Positions 40,279 to 49,437 of a stretch of 64,000 nucleotides of DNA are shown here, one piece after another (the first letter of the stretch is position 1; the number at the start of each line of letters is the position of its first letter). Under the pieces are notes generated by a model. It saw nothing but the letters and a program-made list of their open reading frames with translations. It was not told the origin of the DNA and did not search any database. A program made the position numbers and the translations under genes. The DNA is taken from IMG/VR virus record IMGVR_UViG_3300025087_000034; one strand, written 5' to 3'. The DNA comes from a virus (lineage: Duplodnaviria > Caudoviricetes).

Positions 40279-41118
40279 ATGAAAATATATGATTATACAT
40301 CAGGAACTTGTATTACTGAGCAGGATTTTATAACTGTTCTGGACGATTTTCTTCTTAATACAATTACTGGGTGGACTAGGATAGAAAAAGTCTCTGATTT
40401 ATCTTCTGATAGGGATTATGCGTGGAAGTCTCCAGGAGAAACTCCTGCTGACAATGGGGATATATATATAAGATTTAGGGGATATAGTGATAATGTTTAT
40501 CTTTATGGTTATGGCGTCTATGTTAGTAGTGCAAGTTATGCAGATCAGATGTACGATGTTTCTTATACGTATATGCCTACGAACGGTCTTCCTTTTAAGT
40601 ACTGGCTATATGGGGATAGAAACTTTGTGTGTGTTATTATCCTGAATAATAGTACAGGAAATACACATACCGTTTATGCCGGTTTGATAAGAAGTTATTA
40701 TGTGCCCGTTACAGACCCTTTACCATTGTTAATAAGAGGAAACACTAGTGCGGATTACCCCTGGACAGATGCAACAAATTCTAGGGCATATATGTTTAAT
40801 TGCGTTTCCAGCGGGGTAGCTGTTAATGTTTCTTACAATTGGAGTACCCTTTTGGGTAATGACGTAGGGGTTAGAAGTAGCGCTGCTATTTTATTCCCTG
40901 TAATGTTGATGAATAGAAATGCGGGTGCATATGAGGTTAGAGGAGAGCCTTATGGGGTATACCAAGTAAATGGCTTTAGGGTGGGGCCTATGTCTGCCTT
41001 AATAACTGCTTCCGGTATTTTTGTTGTGTTTAGGCAGGGGGGCTCTTCTTATACAGATAGAACATATGCGTTTGGTCCTGTAGCTCCTGTTTCAGAGGAA
41101 ACCACCTTTACAGTATAA
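40279..41118 (+). CDS. Putative virion protein, tandem paralog of 39463..40263
   Basis: Shares the motifs above, including DPLPL and EIRGE/EVRGE. Confidence 0.55.
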   Translation: MKIYDYTSGTCITEQDFITVLDDFLLNTITGWTRIEKVSDLSSDRDYAWKSPGETPADNGDIYIRFRGYSDNVYLYGYGVYVSSASYADQMYDVSYTYMPTNGLPFKYWLYGDRNFVCVIILNNSTGNTHTVYAGLIRSYYVPVTDPLPLLIRGNTSADYPWTDATNSRAYMFNCVSSGVAVNVSYNWSTLLGNDVGVRSSAAILFPVMLMNRNAGAYEVRGEPYGVYQVNGFRVGPMSALITASGIFVVFRQGGSSYTDRTYAFGPVAPVSEETTFTV

Positions 41119-41123
41119 TCTAT

Positions 41124-43949
41124 ATGTCTCTAATTAAGAACATAGGCCTATTTGGGGCTAGAATGTCCAAGCCGGGTGTTCTTGGTGGTGTTATGGACGT
41201 TGTTTTGGGTACCAGGCTTTCCAGAAGAGGCAGTGTTGGGGCTGTTTTAGAGGGCCCTGTTCAGGGACATCTTAAATATAGGGGCTTGGTGGACTCTAGT
41301 GCTTTTCCTAAAAATGTTTATGCTAGACTTAAACATGATGATGCCGGAGGGTTTCTCCCTCTATATTCTGGTACGTTGGATTTGTCTGCCTTTATCAATG
41401 CTTTATTGAGAACCAGCACAGATTTATTCACAGATATTTTTGCCGAGGTTTTGTATTCGGATTTAAGGGCATTTATTTATCCTAAGGTTACCTTAGTAAC
41501 CAGTGATTTACGAAGTATAATTGTGTCGTCCTATCAAACAAGTATTAATTTATACGTTGGTATATCTGGTACTGCTCGTGTTCACACAGAGGCTCTCTCT
41601 TATACCTCTGTTTTATTGGCTACCCCATTTGGTTTTTCCATATTAAAACGTTGTTTAACTAAGTTGCCAGATTTAACGGGTAGTATTAGGGGGTGGGCTG
41701 TTTCAGATCTATCCGTGTATTCGGGTATTGGTTTTAGAGGCGAGGCTATTACATATGCCAATATACGAGGGATAGGGAAGGGTATATCTGATCTCAATGC
41801 TTATTTGGGGCCGACACGAATTAGGGATATGCTGGGTGAGCTTGTAACTATACAACCTTCTGATATTGGGGCTCTTGTTGTGGGGTATTCACCTGCTGAT
41901 CTTAATTCTTATATTTTATCTATTGAACCTAAGGAGCTAAGGGCCGTTGGGGGAGGGCATTTACCGGAAGATATTTATGCAAATTTGTTGGTTATACCAC
42001 CGAAAGATTTACCTGTTTTTATACGTTCTGGTCTTAGTGGAATGTTAGATCTTTTGTCTAGTCTTACTTCTACGGGGTATTGGGTGGATATGGGGGGTAG
42101 AATAGATGCTATGTATAGGAATTTTTCTAGCATTTTTGCAGGTATTATTGTCAGTATACCAAAAGATATTTATGCTCGTTTGTATGGTTGGGCTACTAGT
42201 GATTTAACTGTTTTTATATTAGGTGAATATACTGATAGTATGTATGCTTATATAAAGGGTATAAGTGTTGGTAATTTAAAGGATCTTGTTTCGTTTATAC
42301 GTGCTACTACTCATGTTACTATTGATGTTCTTGTCTTTGTAAAGGGTATAATAAGTGCCCATACAACAGATAAGCCATATAATTATTATTTATTTACTCA
42401 CCCCCATAGAAAGTTCTTGGTTGGATCTAGAGGTGGTTTGTCCATTATGACAATGGATCCGATTAGGGGCTATTTTCCTGATTTAAGTGCTTCTGTAGTT
42501 GCTTTTCAATTATACACGTCAACCTTTAGGGCTTTTATACGACCAGCTCTTAGACTTTCGTATGATTTGTCCACAAGTAGTTTTTCTGTTACTAAACCCC
42601 TAGTTATAAATAAGTTGGACCTAATTTTTAGGAATTTTAGTGGTTTATTTGCTGAGTTAAATGCTTTTTCTGCTTATAAAGTATTGTCTTGTTTTATACA
42701 GGGGTTTGTTTCTACTGGTACAAGTACTTCTGTTGGTGCTCATTGGATAACTTCTGCTTCTATTAGTAGGGCTTTTTTGGCTACCAATTATGGTCTTTTT
42801 ATTCCAGGGCCAGTTATAGGGGTTGTTCGTCCTATTACGTTTGTTAACAATAGCTCAACTCCAGATTTATGGGCATATGTTAGGTCATGGGCTGTTTCCG
42901 ATCTTTATTCCTCTATAAGTGTTTGGCCCTACGCAAATTTATTGGCCTCAGTGGTGTCTTTGGATTTGACACATGTGGCTATTTTAGCGGTTTTATTACA
43001 GTCGTTCACACTTTCTGATATAACGGCGGATATTTCTTCAAGTGGGGGTTTTTATGATTTGTTTTCTTCAGTTATTTCTGTAGGTAGTGTGTCTACTATT
43101 GGTGCTAGTATAAATGCTTATAGGGAAGTAAAGGGGCTTCGTTTAATACCTGTTTATACCATACCATTTTTGGAGCTAAGGGCGTTTATTAATCCTGGGG
43201 GAAGTTGTGCCCCCTTGTCTTCTTATAAAGACTTGTTATCTTTTATAAGGTGTTCTGTTAGTGGGGCTGGTAGTGGTGATTTATATGCTACTATAGATTC
43301 CTTATCTTGTATATCTGATATTTTTTCATTTATTGTAGGAAAAAAACTTACCAGAATACGTGTTATAGATTTATATTTTAATACAAGAGAAAGGTTATTT
43401 TGTAATTTATATGGACGTATTATAGGTACTCGTGCATATAATAATGATATGCAAGCCAGTATTTTGGGTTTATTCCTCAGCAGCGATTTAACTGCTACTA
43501 TACGTCCATATATACATAGGTTTAGAAATTTATCAGATAGTAGTATTATTGATATATATAAAAATGAGGGTACAACGGCTTCTTTGTATAAGAAGTTGCG
43601 GCTGTATTTCTCTTCTGGTGTTTCAGAGTATATATATGACCCAGCTAGTGGTGGGGTATATTCTATAGATAATAAGCGCTGGGTTCTTAATTTAGAAGAA
43701 GTTACCAGTACTGGTTCTTTTTTTGATAGGGGTATTAATGATAGAATTAAACGTATTAATTCCATCGTTAATTTCAATTCTACGGATGAAGCTGTGCGTT
43801 CGGCAATAGCCATGCTAGTTGATTTAAGCACTTACGACATGCAAGCAGTCGTGTCTGCTGTAGGAGGGGTCTATCATCTACAGGCTTTTGTTATAGGTAT
43901 GTCACAAGATAGGGTTATAGATTTATCTGGTAGTATTGTTTGTGTATAA
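41124..43949 (+). CDS. Short-period repeat protein (D-L-x-A-x-I units), putative fibre/solenoid
   Basis: 941 aa with many DLxAxI-type units (DLSAFI, DLRAFI, DLNAYL, DLNSYI, DIYANL, DIYARL, DLWAYV, DLYATI, DLTATI). Confidence 0.5.
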   Translation: MSLIKNIGLFGARMSKPGVLGGVMDVVLGTRLSRRGSVGAVLEGPVQGHLKYRGLVDSSAFPKNVYARLKHDDAGGFLPLYSGTLDLSAFINALLRTSTDLFTDIFAEVLYSDLRAFIYPKVTLVTSDLRSIIVSSYQTSINLYVGISGTARVHTEALSYTSVLLATPFGFSILKRCLTKLPDLTGSIRGWAVSDLSVYSGIGFRGEAITYANIRGIGKGISDLNAYLGPTRIRDMLGELVTIQPSDIGALVVGYSPADLNSYILSIEPKELRAVGGGHLPEDIYANLLVIPPKDLPVFIRSGLSGMLDLLSSLTSTGYWVDMGGRIDAMYRNFSSIFAGIIVSIPKDIYARLYGWATSDLTVFILGEYTDSMYAYIKGISVGNLKDLVSFIRATTHVTIDVLVFVKGIISAHTTDKPYNYYLFTHPHRKFLVGSRGGLSIMTMDPIRGYFPDLSASVVAFQLYTSTFRAFIRPALRLSYDLSTSSFSVTKPLVINKLDLIFRNFSGLFAELNAFSAYKVLSCFIQGFVSTGTSTSVGAHWITSASISRAFLATNYGLFIPGPVIGVVRPITFVNNSSTPDLWAYVRSWAVSDLYSSISVWPYANLLASVVSLDLTHVAILAVLLQSFTLSDITADISSSGGFYDLFSSVISVGSVSTIGASINAYREVKGLRLIPVYTIPFLELRAFINPGGSCAPLSSYKDLLSFIRCSVSGAGSGDLYATIDSLSCISDIFSFIVGKKLTRIRVIDLYFNTRERLFCNLYGRIIGTRAYNNDMQASILGLFLSSDLTATIRPYIHRFRNLSDSSIIDIYKNEGTTASLYKKLRLYFSSGVSEYIYDPASGGVYSIDNKRWVLNLEEVTSTGSFFDRGINDRIKRINSIVNFNSTDEAVRSAIAMLVDLSTYDMQAVVSAVGGVYHLQAFVIGMSQDRVIDLSGSIVCV

Positions 43950-43955
43950 TTTTTC

Positions 43956-43984
43956 TTGTCAATTTTTTGTTTTTTTAGTATAAT
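43956..43984 (+). promoter_or_regulatory. sigma70-type promoter driving the replication module
   Basis: TTGTCA (43956-43961), 17-nt spacer, TATAAT (43979-43984). AAGGAG RBS lies before the ATG at 44014. Confidence 0.75.
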
Positions 43985-44013
43985 TAATACGTGATGGTAA
44001 AAAGGAGATTTTA

Positions 44014-45153
44014 ATGCGTTTTACAGTACAACTTGTAGACTTACTTCCTGCTGTTATTGTTTTGTCCGATTTTGTGCCAATAAAGGATAGTAGTGGGGCG
44101 TTTACTTCTATTAGAGTTATTGCTAATGATAACTTTGTTAGCTTGGCTTTTAGTAGTCAAATCTGCTTCGTAAATATAAAGGTACCTGCAACAGTATTAG
44201 AGGTAGGGGATTTATCTCTTCAATTTGATCCATTAAATAAAGCTGTTAGAAGTTTTTCTCCTCTTTCTCAGGAAGGGATAGGGACTGAAAGCTTGTCCTT
44301 CGAGTTAAATGAGAGGGGGATTTTATTAAAGGCTTGCTCCTTGTATAAAGAAAAAAAGTCGTACAGTCGTAGACTTATTCCAGTCTCTCCTTCGTTTGTT
44401 CCAATGCTAAAGTCAGTAGAGGGCATGCCCTCTGTAGATATCAATGCGGACTTGTTTTCTTCTGTATTGAAGGGTATAATAGTGTCTGCGTCTGTACAGG
44501 ATGGAGGATCAGATTCAGGTGTCAGGTTTTTGGTAGAAGGAAGTAACTTTGTTTGTGCTTCCACGAATAGGGTTACTTTGACAGAGGCTGGAGGGGAAAA
44601 CGATTCTTCTATAGATGGTTCCCTTTCTTGTGTTTTAGATAGCCCTATGGTTGCCAAGATTGTAAAAACTATAGTAAAAATGAGGGACAGTGAGTACGAT
44701 TCCGTAACTTTGTTTTTTAGTGACAACGCACTTGTGGTATCTTTTGCTGGGGTCTTTTTAAAGGCAGCTATATCAACCCTAGTCTTTCCTGATTATGAGC
44801 CCTTATTCCAAGGATTTAAAAACCACTTTGACATAGAAGCGAAGATTCTTTCAGAGAATATTCGTAACTTAGCTTTTAGTGCTTCAAAGAGTGACGATTA
44901 TAGAGTATCTCTGTTTCTAAAAAGTGGGCAGTTATCTGTGTTTTCTAATGAAAGTGAGAATAGTGGTATAAATATAGAGGGGTTCTTAGGGGAGTTAGCT
45001 ATAGATTTTAATTGTTTCCTTCTTGAGCCTATAGTTAGCAATGCTGGCTATGGTGTGGTTAGGATATGGTTTAAGGACAATATTTCCCCTGTTTATCTAG
45101 AGTTTATAAAAAATGATATTAAAATAAGGTCTTTAGTAGCTTCATTAGGTTAA
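44014..45153 (+). CDS. dnaN: DNA polymerase III beta sliding clamp
   Basis: 379 aa (three-domain clamp length). Motifs STNRVTL, FPDYEPLF and IDFNCFLLE...PVYL correspond to the ATDxxRL, FPDY and FNxxYL motifs of beta clamps. Confidence 0.8.
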   Translation: MRFTVQLVDLLPAVIVLSDFVPIKDSSGAFTSIRVIANDNFVSLAFSSQICFVNIKVPATVLEVGDLSLQFDPLNKAVRSFSPLSQEGIGTESLSFELNERGILLKACSLYKEKKSYSRRLIPVSPSFVPMLKSVEGMPSVDINADLFSSVLKGIIVSASVQDGGSDSGVRFLVEGSNFVCASTNRVTLTEAGGENDSSIDGSLSCVLDSPMVAKIVKTIVKMRDSEYDSVTLFFSDNALVVSFAGVFLKAAISTLVFPDYEPLFQGFKNHFDIEAKILSENIRNLAFSASKSDDYRVSLFLKSGQLSVFSNESENSGINIEGFLGELAIDFNCFLLEPIVSNAGYGVVRIWFKDNISPVYLEFIKNDIKIRSLVASLG

Positions 45154-45155
45154 AA

Positions 45156-45731
45156 ATGTCTAAACAGTCAACAATTTTTTCGGGCGCCGAAAAAAATATT
45201 ACTGAACAAGATTGTATTGACATATTAAAAGAAAAAAACTATATAATAATAAAGCTAGACGATTTAGACACAACACAGGTTAAAACAGCTAAGGAGCTAG
45301 TTTCTTTTTTCTATGCTACTTTATCTTTTTATAATAGGTCAAGATTATTACATTATGGGAAGACAACAAAAAAAGATTTAAAGTTAGCTTCATCTTTTAT
45401 AAAGATAAGACAAGAAGAAGCCGGTCTTAGTAAGGGTAGGGCTGTACAAGAATGTGCCATGATAGTAAGGTGTGTAATAGCAAATGAACCAAAGTTTTCT
45501 CTTTCTGAGCCGTTACATAATATGGAATGTTTTGGACAGGAAAATATGCGGTGGGTTACTGATAAAGCAATAAGCATAATAAACGGGGAGAATAAGAAGA
45601 TAGAAGAGGAAAAATATAATAAGTATATAGAAGATCTTTATGGTGCGCAAGAAAAAATAGCCATTGAAAATATAGATAATAAACATGTAGAAAATCTTAA
45701 GGATATTTTAGGAGATTTAGAAAATGGGTAG
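45156..45731 (+). CDS. Hypothetical protein
   Basis: 191 aa helical ORF, coupled to recA. Confidence 0.6.
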   Translation: MSKQSTIFSGAEKNITEQDCIDILKEKNYIIIKLDDLDTTQVKTAKELVSFFYATLSFYNRSRLLHYGKTTKKDLKLASSFIKIRQEEAGLSKGRAVQECAMIVRCVIANEPKFSLSEPLHNMECFGQENMRWVTDKAISIINGENKKIEEEKYNKYIEDLYGAQEKIAIENIDNKHVENLKDILGDLENG

Positions 45732-46770
45732 AAAGAAAGAAGCAACAGAAACTGTAGATATAGTTGAAGAAACCAAGAAGAATAAAAACAGTGCATTAGA
45801 TTTAGCGTTTAATCAGATAAATAAAAAGCACGGTAGTGTTCTAAAATGGCTTAGTGATGTTCCCTCCGGTTACGAATTTATTTCTACTGGGTCTATTTCT
45901 ATGGATCATGCTTTGGGAGGAGGTTTTCCTAGGGGTCGTATGATAGAAATATTTGGGGAGGAGTCTACAGGAAAGAGTACTGTGGCACTAGGTGCCTCAG
46001 CTTGTGCAAATAGAATGGGCTTGAAGGTTCTTTACATAGATTGTGAAAGGGCCATAGATAGAAAATTGGTAGCCGGTTATGGAGTTGATCCTTCTATGTT
46101 TTTACTAGACAATGTTTCTTTGTCTATGGAAGAACATTTTGATGTTGTATATGGATTATTGGGCACCGGTGAGATAGGGATGGTGGTTGTAGATAGTGTC
46201 CCTAGTCTTATACCAAAAGCTGAGCTTGCGGGTGACGCTGGGGATTCACATGTAGGGTTGCAGGCTCGGTTTTTGAGCCAGGAGTGTCGCAGAATTGTTA
46301 ATATGATAGGGGAGTCTAATACTCTGTTTATTTTCATAAATCAGCTGCGCGAAAAAGTAATGGCTTATGGTGATCCTAGAGTTACTCCTGGGGGTAAGGC
46401 TATAAAATTTTATAGCACTCATAGGGTTAGTGTTGATGGGAGTGGCAAAACCAAGAGTGCCAGAATATTAGATGACAAGGGTGTTCTTATAGGTCATAAA
46501 ATGTCCTATCAGGTTGTAAAAAACAAAATTAGTGCTCCCTTTAGGTCTGGTTCTGTTGACTTAATTTATGGTAAAGGGTTTGATAAGACTTCCGAGTTGG
46601 TTGATTTGTCAACGGATTTAGGTATAATACAGCTTGGTGGGGCTTGGTATACTATACCGGAGGTTGGAGAGAAAATACAGGGTCGTGACAGTGTAAAAGC
46701 CTATTTTGATAGTAATCCGGACTTTATGGCCCGAGTTGAGAAACAGATCCGCGAAATGCTTGCCTTATGA
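45724..46770 (+). CDS. recA: RecA recombinase
   Basis: ISTGSISMDHALGGGFPRGRMIEIFGEESTGKST, VVVDSVPSL, FINQLREK, TPGGKAIKFYS, VVKNKISAPF. Confidence 0.97.
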   Translation: MGRKKEATETVDIVEETKKNKNSALDLAFNQINKKHGSVLKWLSDVPSGYEFISTGSISMDHALGGGFPRGRMIEIFGEESTGKSTVALGASACANRMGLKVLYIDCERAIDRKLVAGYGVDPSMFLLDNVSLSMEEHFDVVYGLLGTGEIGMVVVDSVPSLIPKAELAGDAGDSHVGLQARFLSQECRRIVNMIGESNTLFIFINQLREKVMAYGDPRVTPGGKAIKFYSTHRVSVDGSGKTKSARILDDKGVLIGHKMSYQVVKNKISAPFRSGSVDLIYGKGFDKTSELVDLSTDLGIIQLGGAWYTIPEVGEKIQGRDSVKAYFDSNPDFMARVEKQIREMLAL

Positions 46771-47111
46771 GTTTAGTAGCAGATAAAGTGCATGAGCTTC
46801 TTATTGGTGCTTTCCCTTTTGCTCGTATTGTTAAAGAATATTCAATTGAATATAAGGGAAAAAGAATGTTTGTAGATTTTTTCTTACCTTCATATTCTAT
46901 AGCCGTGGAGGTACATGGTCAACAGCATGACAAGTTTGTTCAACATTTTCATGTTGACGAGGCGGGGTGGAGAAACCATCGCTATAGAGACAGAGCTAAA
47001 GAAGAGTGGGCCTCTTTAAATAATATAACTTTGGTTATTATACATGAGAATGAGGTACCAAAAACTAAGGAAGGTCTTATAGGACTAATTGAGGAGGTTT
47101 GTTATGGTTGA
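46767..47111 (+). CDS. Small PD-(D/E)XK (DUF559/Vsr-like) endonuclease
   Basis: FVDFFLPSYSIAVEVHGQQH...DRAKEEWA. Confidence 0.7.
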   Translation: MSLVADKVHELLIGAFPFARIVKEYSIEYKGKRMFVDFFLPSYSIAVEVHGQQHDKFVQHFHVDEAGWRNHRYRDRAKEEWASLNNITLVIIHENEVPKTKEGLIGLIEEVCYG

Positions 47112-47577
47112 TGACTTATGGAGTGAGCTTGGTATTTTTTCTGAAAAATTTATGTTTAATAGGGTTACTCCTAATAGCACATTACTAGAGGAGGTTCTTT
47201 CTTTGGATGCTGCTCGATTGGATACTGTAGAGGCTACTACATTAAGAAAATATATTGTTGTATTAGCCCAGTATTTTATTACATTGCAGTTCGAAGAAAA
47301 CTCTGTTGTGGCTGTTGGAAATGCGTGGAGAAATTCCTTGGAGTCTCGCATTTTTAGTGTTCTTAGACAGGATCCTTTGGGTAAAATAAAAACTGTTGCC
47401 GAGAAACGAGGTTTTATTATAGAGACAGACGAGGAGGCTGGACAGTTAGAGCAACAGGGTAGGGTAGCTGACGCAAAGAGGGACCTTATAAAAGGGATGT
47501 CAAAGCCGGTAGAGCAGTATATACAGGTTCTAAAGAAAGAAATAGAGGCTAGGGAAAATGAGAAAACTAGAGGATAG
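47104..47577 (+). CDS. Coiled-coil protein, possibly a UvsY-like recombination mediator
   Basis: ATG at 47104 after GAGGAGG. Helical composition, located between recA and dnaB. Confidence 0.4.
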   Translation: MVDDLWSELGIFSEKFMFNRVTPNSTLLEEVLSLDAARLDTVEATTLRKYIVVLAQYFITLQFEENSVVAVGNAWRNSLESRIFSVLRQDPLGKIKTVAEKRGFIIETDEEAGQLEQQGRVADAKRDLIKGMSKPVEQYIQVLKKEIEARENEKTRG

Positions 47578-48988
47578 TATTTCAGTAAATGTGCCTTCAG
47601 CCGATTGGTATTCAAAGCCAGCGGCTGAGAGAGCTTTGCTATCTTTATGCTTACAAAATTATTCAACTTTTATTGATGTTTCCTCAAAACTTTTTCATGA
47701 GGATTTTCTGGACCCAGGAAACCGTGCTTTATTTATAACTATGTTATCTGTGCATTCTTTGGGTACAGAAGAGTTCGATTTGCCTACTGTTATTTCTTTT
47801 GCTGAGAATATGGGCGTTTTAGAAGATATAGGGGGCTATAAATATATAGACGCTCTTTTTAGGTCAGAGATTAGTCAGTCAAATTTAGAGGTGTATGTAA
47901 AACAAGTTCTAGATGCCTCTTTGTTATTTAAGCTGGAGAGGGTCTTAAGATTGAATGTTGAGTCTGTAAAAACTAGTGTTTCTGAAAATAAGACGGCTTC
48001 TGAGGTTATGTCGTCTGTGGAAAACCAGATTTTGAATCTTTCTTTGGATACATTAAAGGTTGATGATGGACAAGATTTGGTAGCTGGTCTGGAGGAAAGG
48101 TTAAAAGAATTTGAATCAAACCCAGCCGCTGTTAGAGGTATAAGGTGTGGTTTCGAAGTACTGGACCGCACTATAAACGGGTTTAAGCCAGGGACTTTAT
48201 CAATTTTGGCCGCGCGGCCAAAAACAGGAAAAAGTACATTGTTATTAAATTGGGGTATACATATTTGTTTACATGAAAAACTTCCTGTATTATATTTAGA
48301 TACAGAAATGAGTAAAGAAGAACAACAGACAAGAGCTTTATCAATCATATCAGGTGTTCCTGAACGTGTAATACTTAATGGGCTTTACATTAATGACGAG
48401 AATGTTATGAAGTCTGTATACTATGGTGTAGAAATAATGAATAAAATGAAATTTATCCATAAATACACACCAGGGTATAGAATAGAAGAACTTAAGGGCT
48501 TAATACGGAAGTATAAAGCTAAAAATAATATAGGTGTATTTATATATGATTACATCAAAATGACAGATATGGAAGATAAGTTTAACGAAACCCAAACTCT
48601 TGGATATATAACAAGTGGTTTGAAGGACACGGCGGGTATATTGGGTATAGCTGGAATATCTGCGGTGCAATTAAACCGTGGGGCTGAGGGGAAATCATTG
48701 GTTGGTTCCGGGGACATTGCCGATTCGGATAAAATTTTGAGATATTGTTCTACATTGATGGCTATGAGTAGAAAAACAAGGGCAGAAATAGATAAAGAGG
48801 GGGGTAGAAGTGGGACACATCGTTTACAAATTCTTGACAGCAGAGGCAGCAGAAGCTTATATAGTGGTATAGACTTGGAAGTTAATTTTCCCACATTGAC
48901 AATAAAAGAAGCCAGAGCACAGTCTTCAGCTGCATTTTTGGAACAAAAACAACTTGAGGAAGAAGTTACAAAATTAGGAGGAAGATAG
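47558..48988 (+). CDS. dnaB: Replicative DNA helicase, DnaB family
   Basis: N-terminal AERALLS, Walker A LAARPKTGKS, YLDTEM, YDYI, SAVQLNR, IADSD. Confidence 0.95.
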   Translation: MRKLEDSISVNVPSADWYSKPAAERALLSLCLQNYSTFIDVSSKLFHEDFLDPGNRALFITMLSVHSLGTEEFDLPTVISFAENMGVLEDIGGYKYIDALFRSEISQSNLEVYVKQVLDASLLFKLERVLRLNVESVKTSVSENKTASEVMSSVENQILNLSLDTLKVDDGQDLVAGLEERLKEFESNPAAVRGIRCGFEVLDRTINGFKPGTLSILAARPKTGKSTLLLNWGIHICLHEKLPVLYLDTEMSKEEQQTRALSIISGVPERVILNGLYINDENVMKSVYYGVEIMNKMKFIHKYTPGYRIEELKGLIRKYKAKNNIGVFIYDYIKMTDMEDKFNETQTLGYITSGLKDTAGILGIAGISAVQLNRGAEGKSLVGSGDIADSDKILRYCSTLMAMSRKTRAEIDKEGGRSGTHRLQILDSRGSRSLYSGIDLEVNFPTLTIKEARAQSSAAFLEQKQLEEEVTKLGGR

Positions 48989-49399
48989 ATGTCAACATTA
49001 GTTACTGTTCTTATTGCTCTAGGGATTGTTTTAGTGGTTGGTTTTCTTGTTTTTGTGATTTATAAGTGGGGAGCTAAAAATCCCGTTGTAGCCGGTGGTG
49101 TTTTAGGACTATTATCAGCGGTATCCTTCTATTTGAGGGGCATGTTTAAGGACGACCCAGATAAGTTGGATGCTCATGATTTTATGGTGTTATTCGATTT
49201 ACTTTCTAAGGTGGGGTTAGAGGCACTTAAGCTTAAGAAGGAGGGAAAGCCCTTTGTTGAAGCTAAGGAACTTATTACAGAAAAAGTAAAGGAGGTTGTT
49301 GAGACCGTTCCTGCGTTTAGAAACAAAGTACCAGATGAAACAGTAGACAGTATTGCCAAAGTAATTTTTGATGTTCTTGGTTATGTGCCAGGAGTTTAA
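48989..49399 (+). CDS. Predicted two-TM membrane protein
   Basis: Hydrophobic segments LVTVLIALGIVLVVGFLVFVIY and VVAGGVLGLLSAVSFYL. Confidence 0.55.
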   Translation: MSTLVTVLIALGIVLVVGFLVFVIYKWGAKNPVVAGGVLGLLSAVSFYLRGMFKDDPDKLDAHDFMVLFDLLSKVGLEALKLKKEGKPFVEAKELITEKVKEVVETVPAFRNKVPDETVDSIAKVIFDVLGYVPGV

Positions 49400-49411
49400 T
49401 CTCTTATTTTC

Positions 49412-49425
49412 GCGGCGAAAGCCGC
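49412..49425 (+). other. GC hairpin with GAAA tetraloop just upstream of the primase RBS
   Basis: GCGGC-GAAA-GCCGC, preceded by TTTTC and not followed by a U-tract. Confidence 0.55.
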
Positions 49426-49437
49426 ACAAGAGGTAAA

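Noticed and set aside
14198-43949. Diversity-generating retroelement acting on the adhesin genes
   Set aside because: No reverse transcriptase in the window, and I noticed no near-identical repeat pair differing at adenines. A pair elsewhere in the genome cannot be excluded.
43223-47666. Long minus-strand ORFs (43223..43831, 44268..44726, 47085..47666) and other antisense or alternate-frame ORFs in the track
   Set aside because: They lie fully opposite well-supported + strand genes, have no recognisable motifs or RBS, and are expected shadows of biased codon usage.
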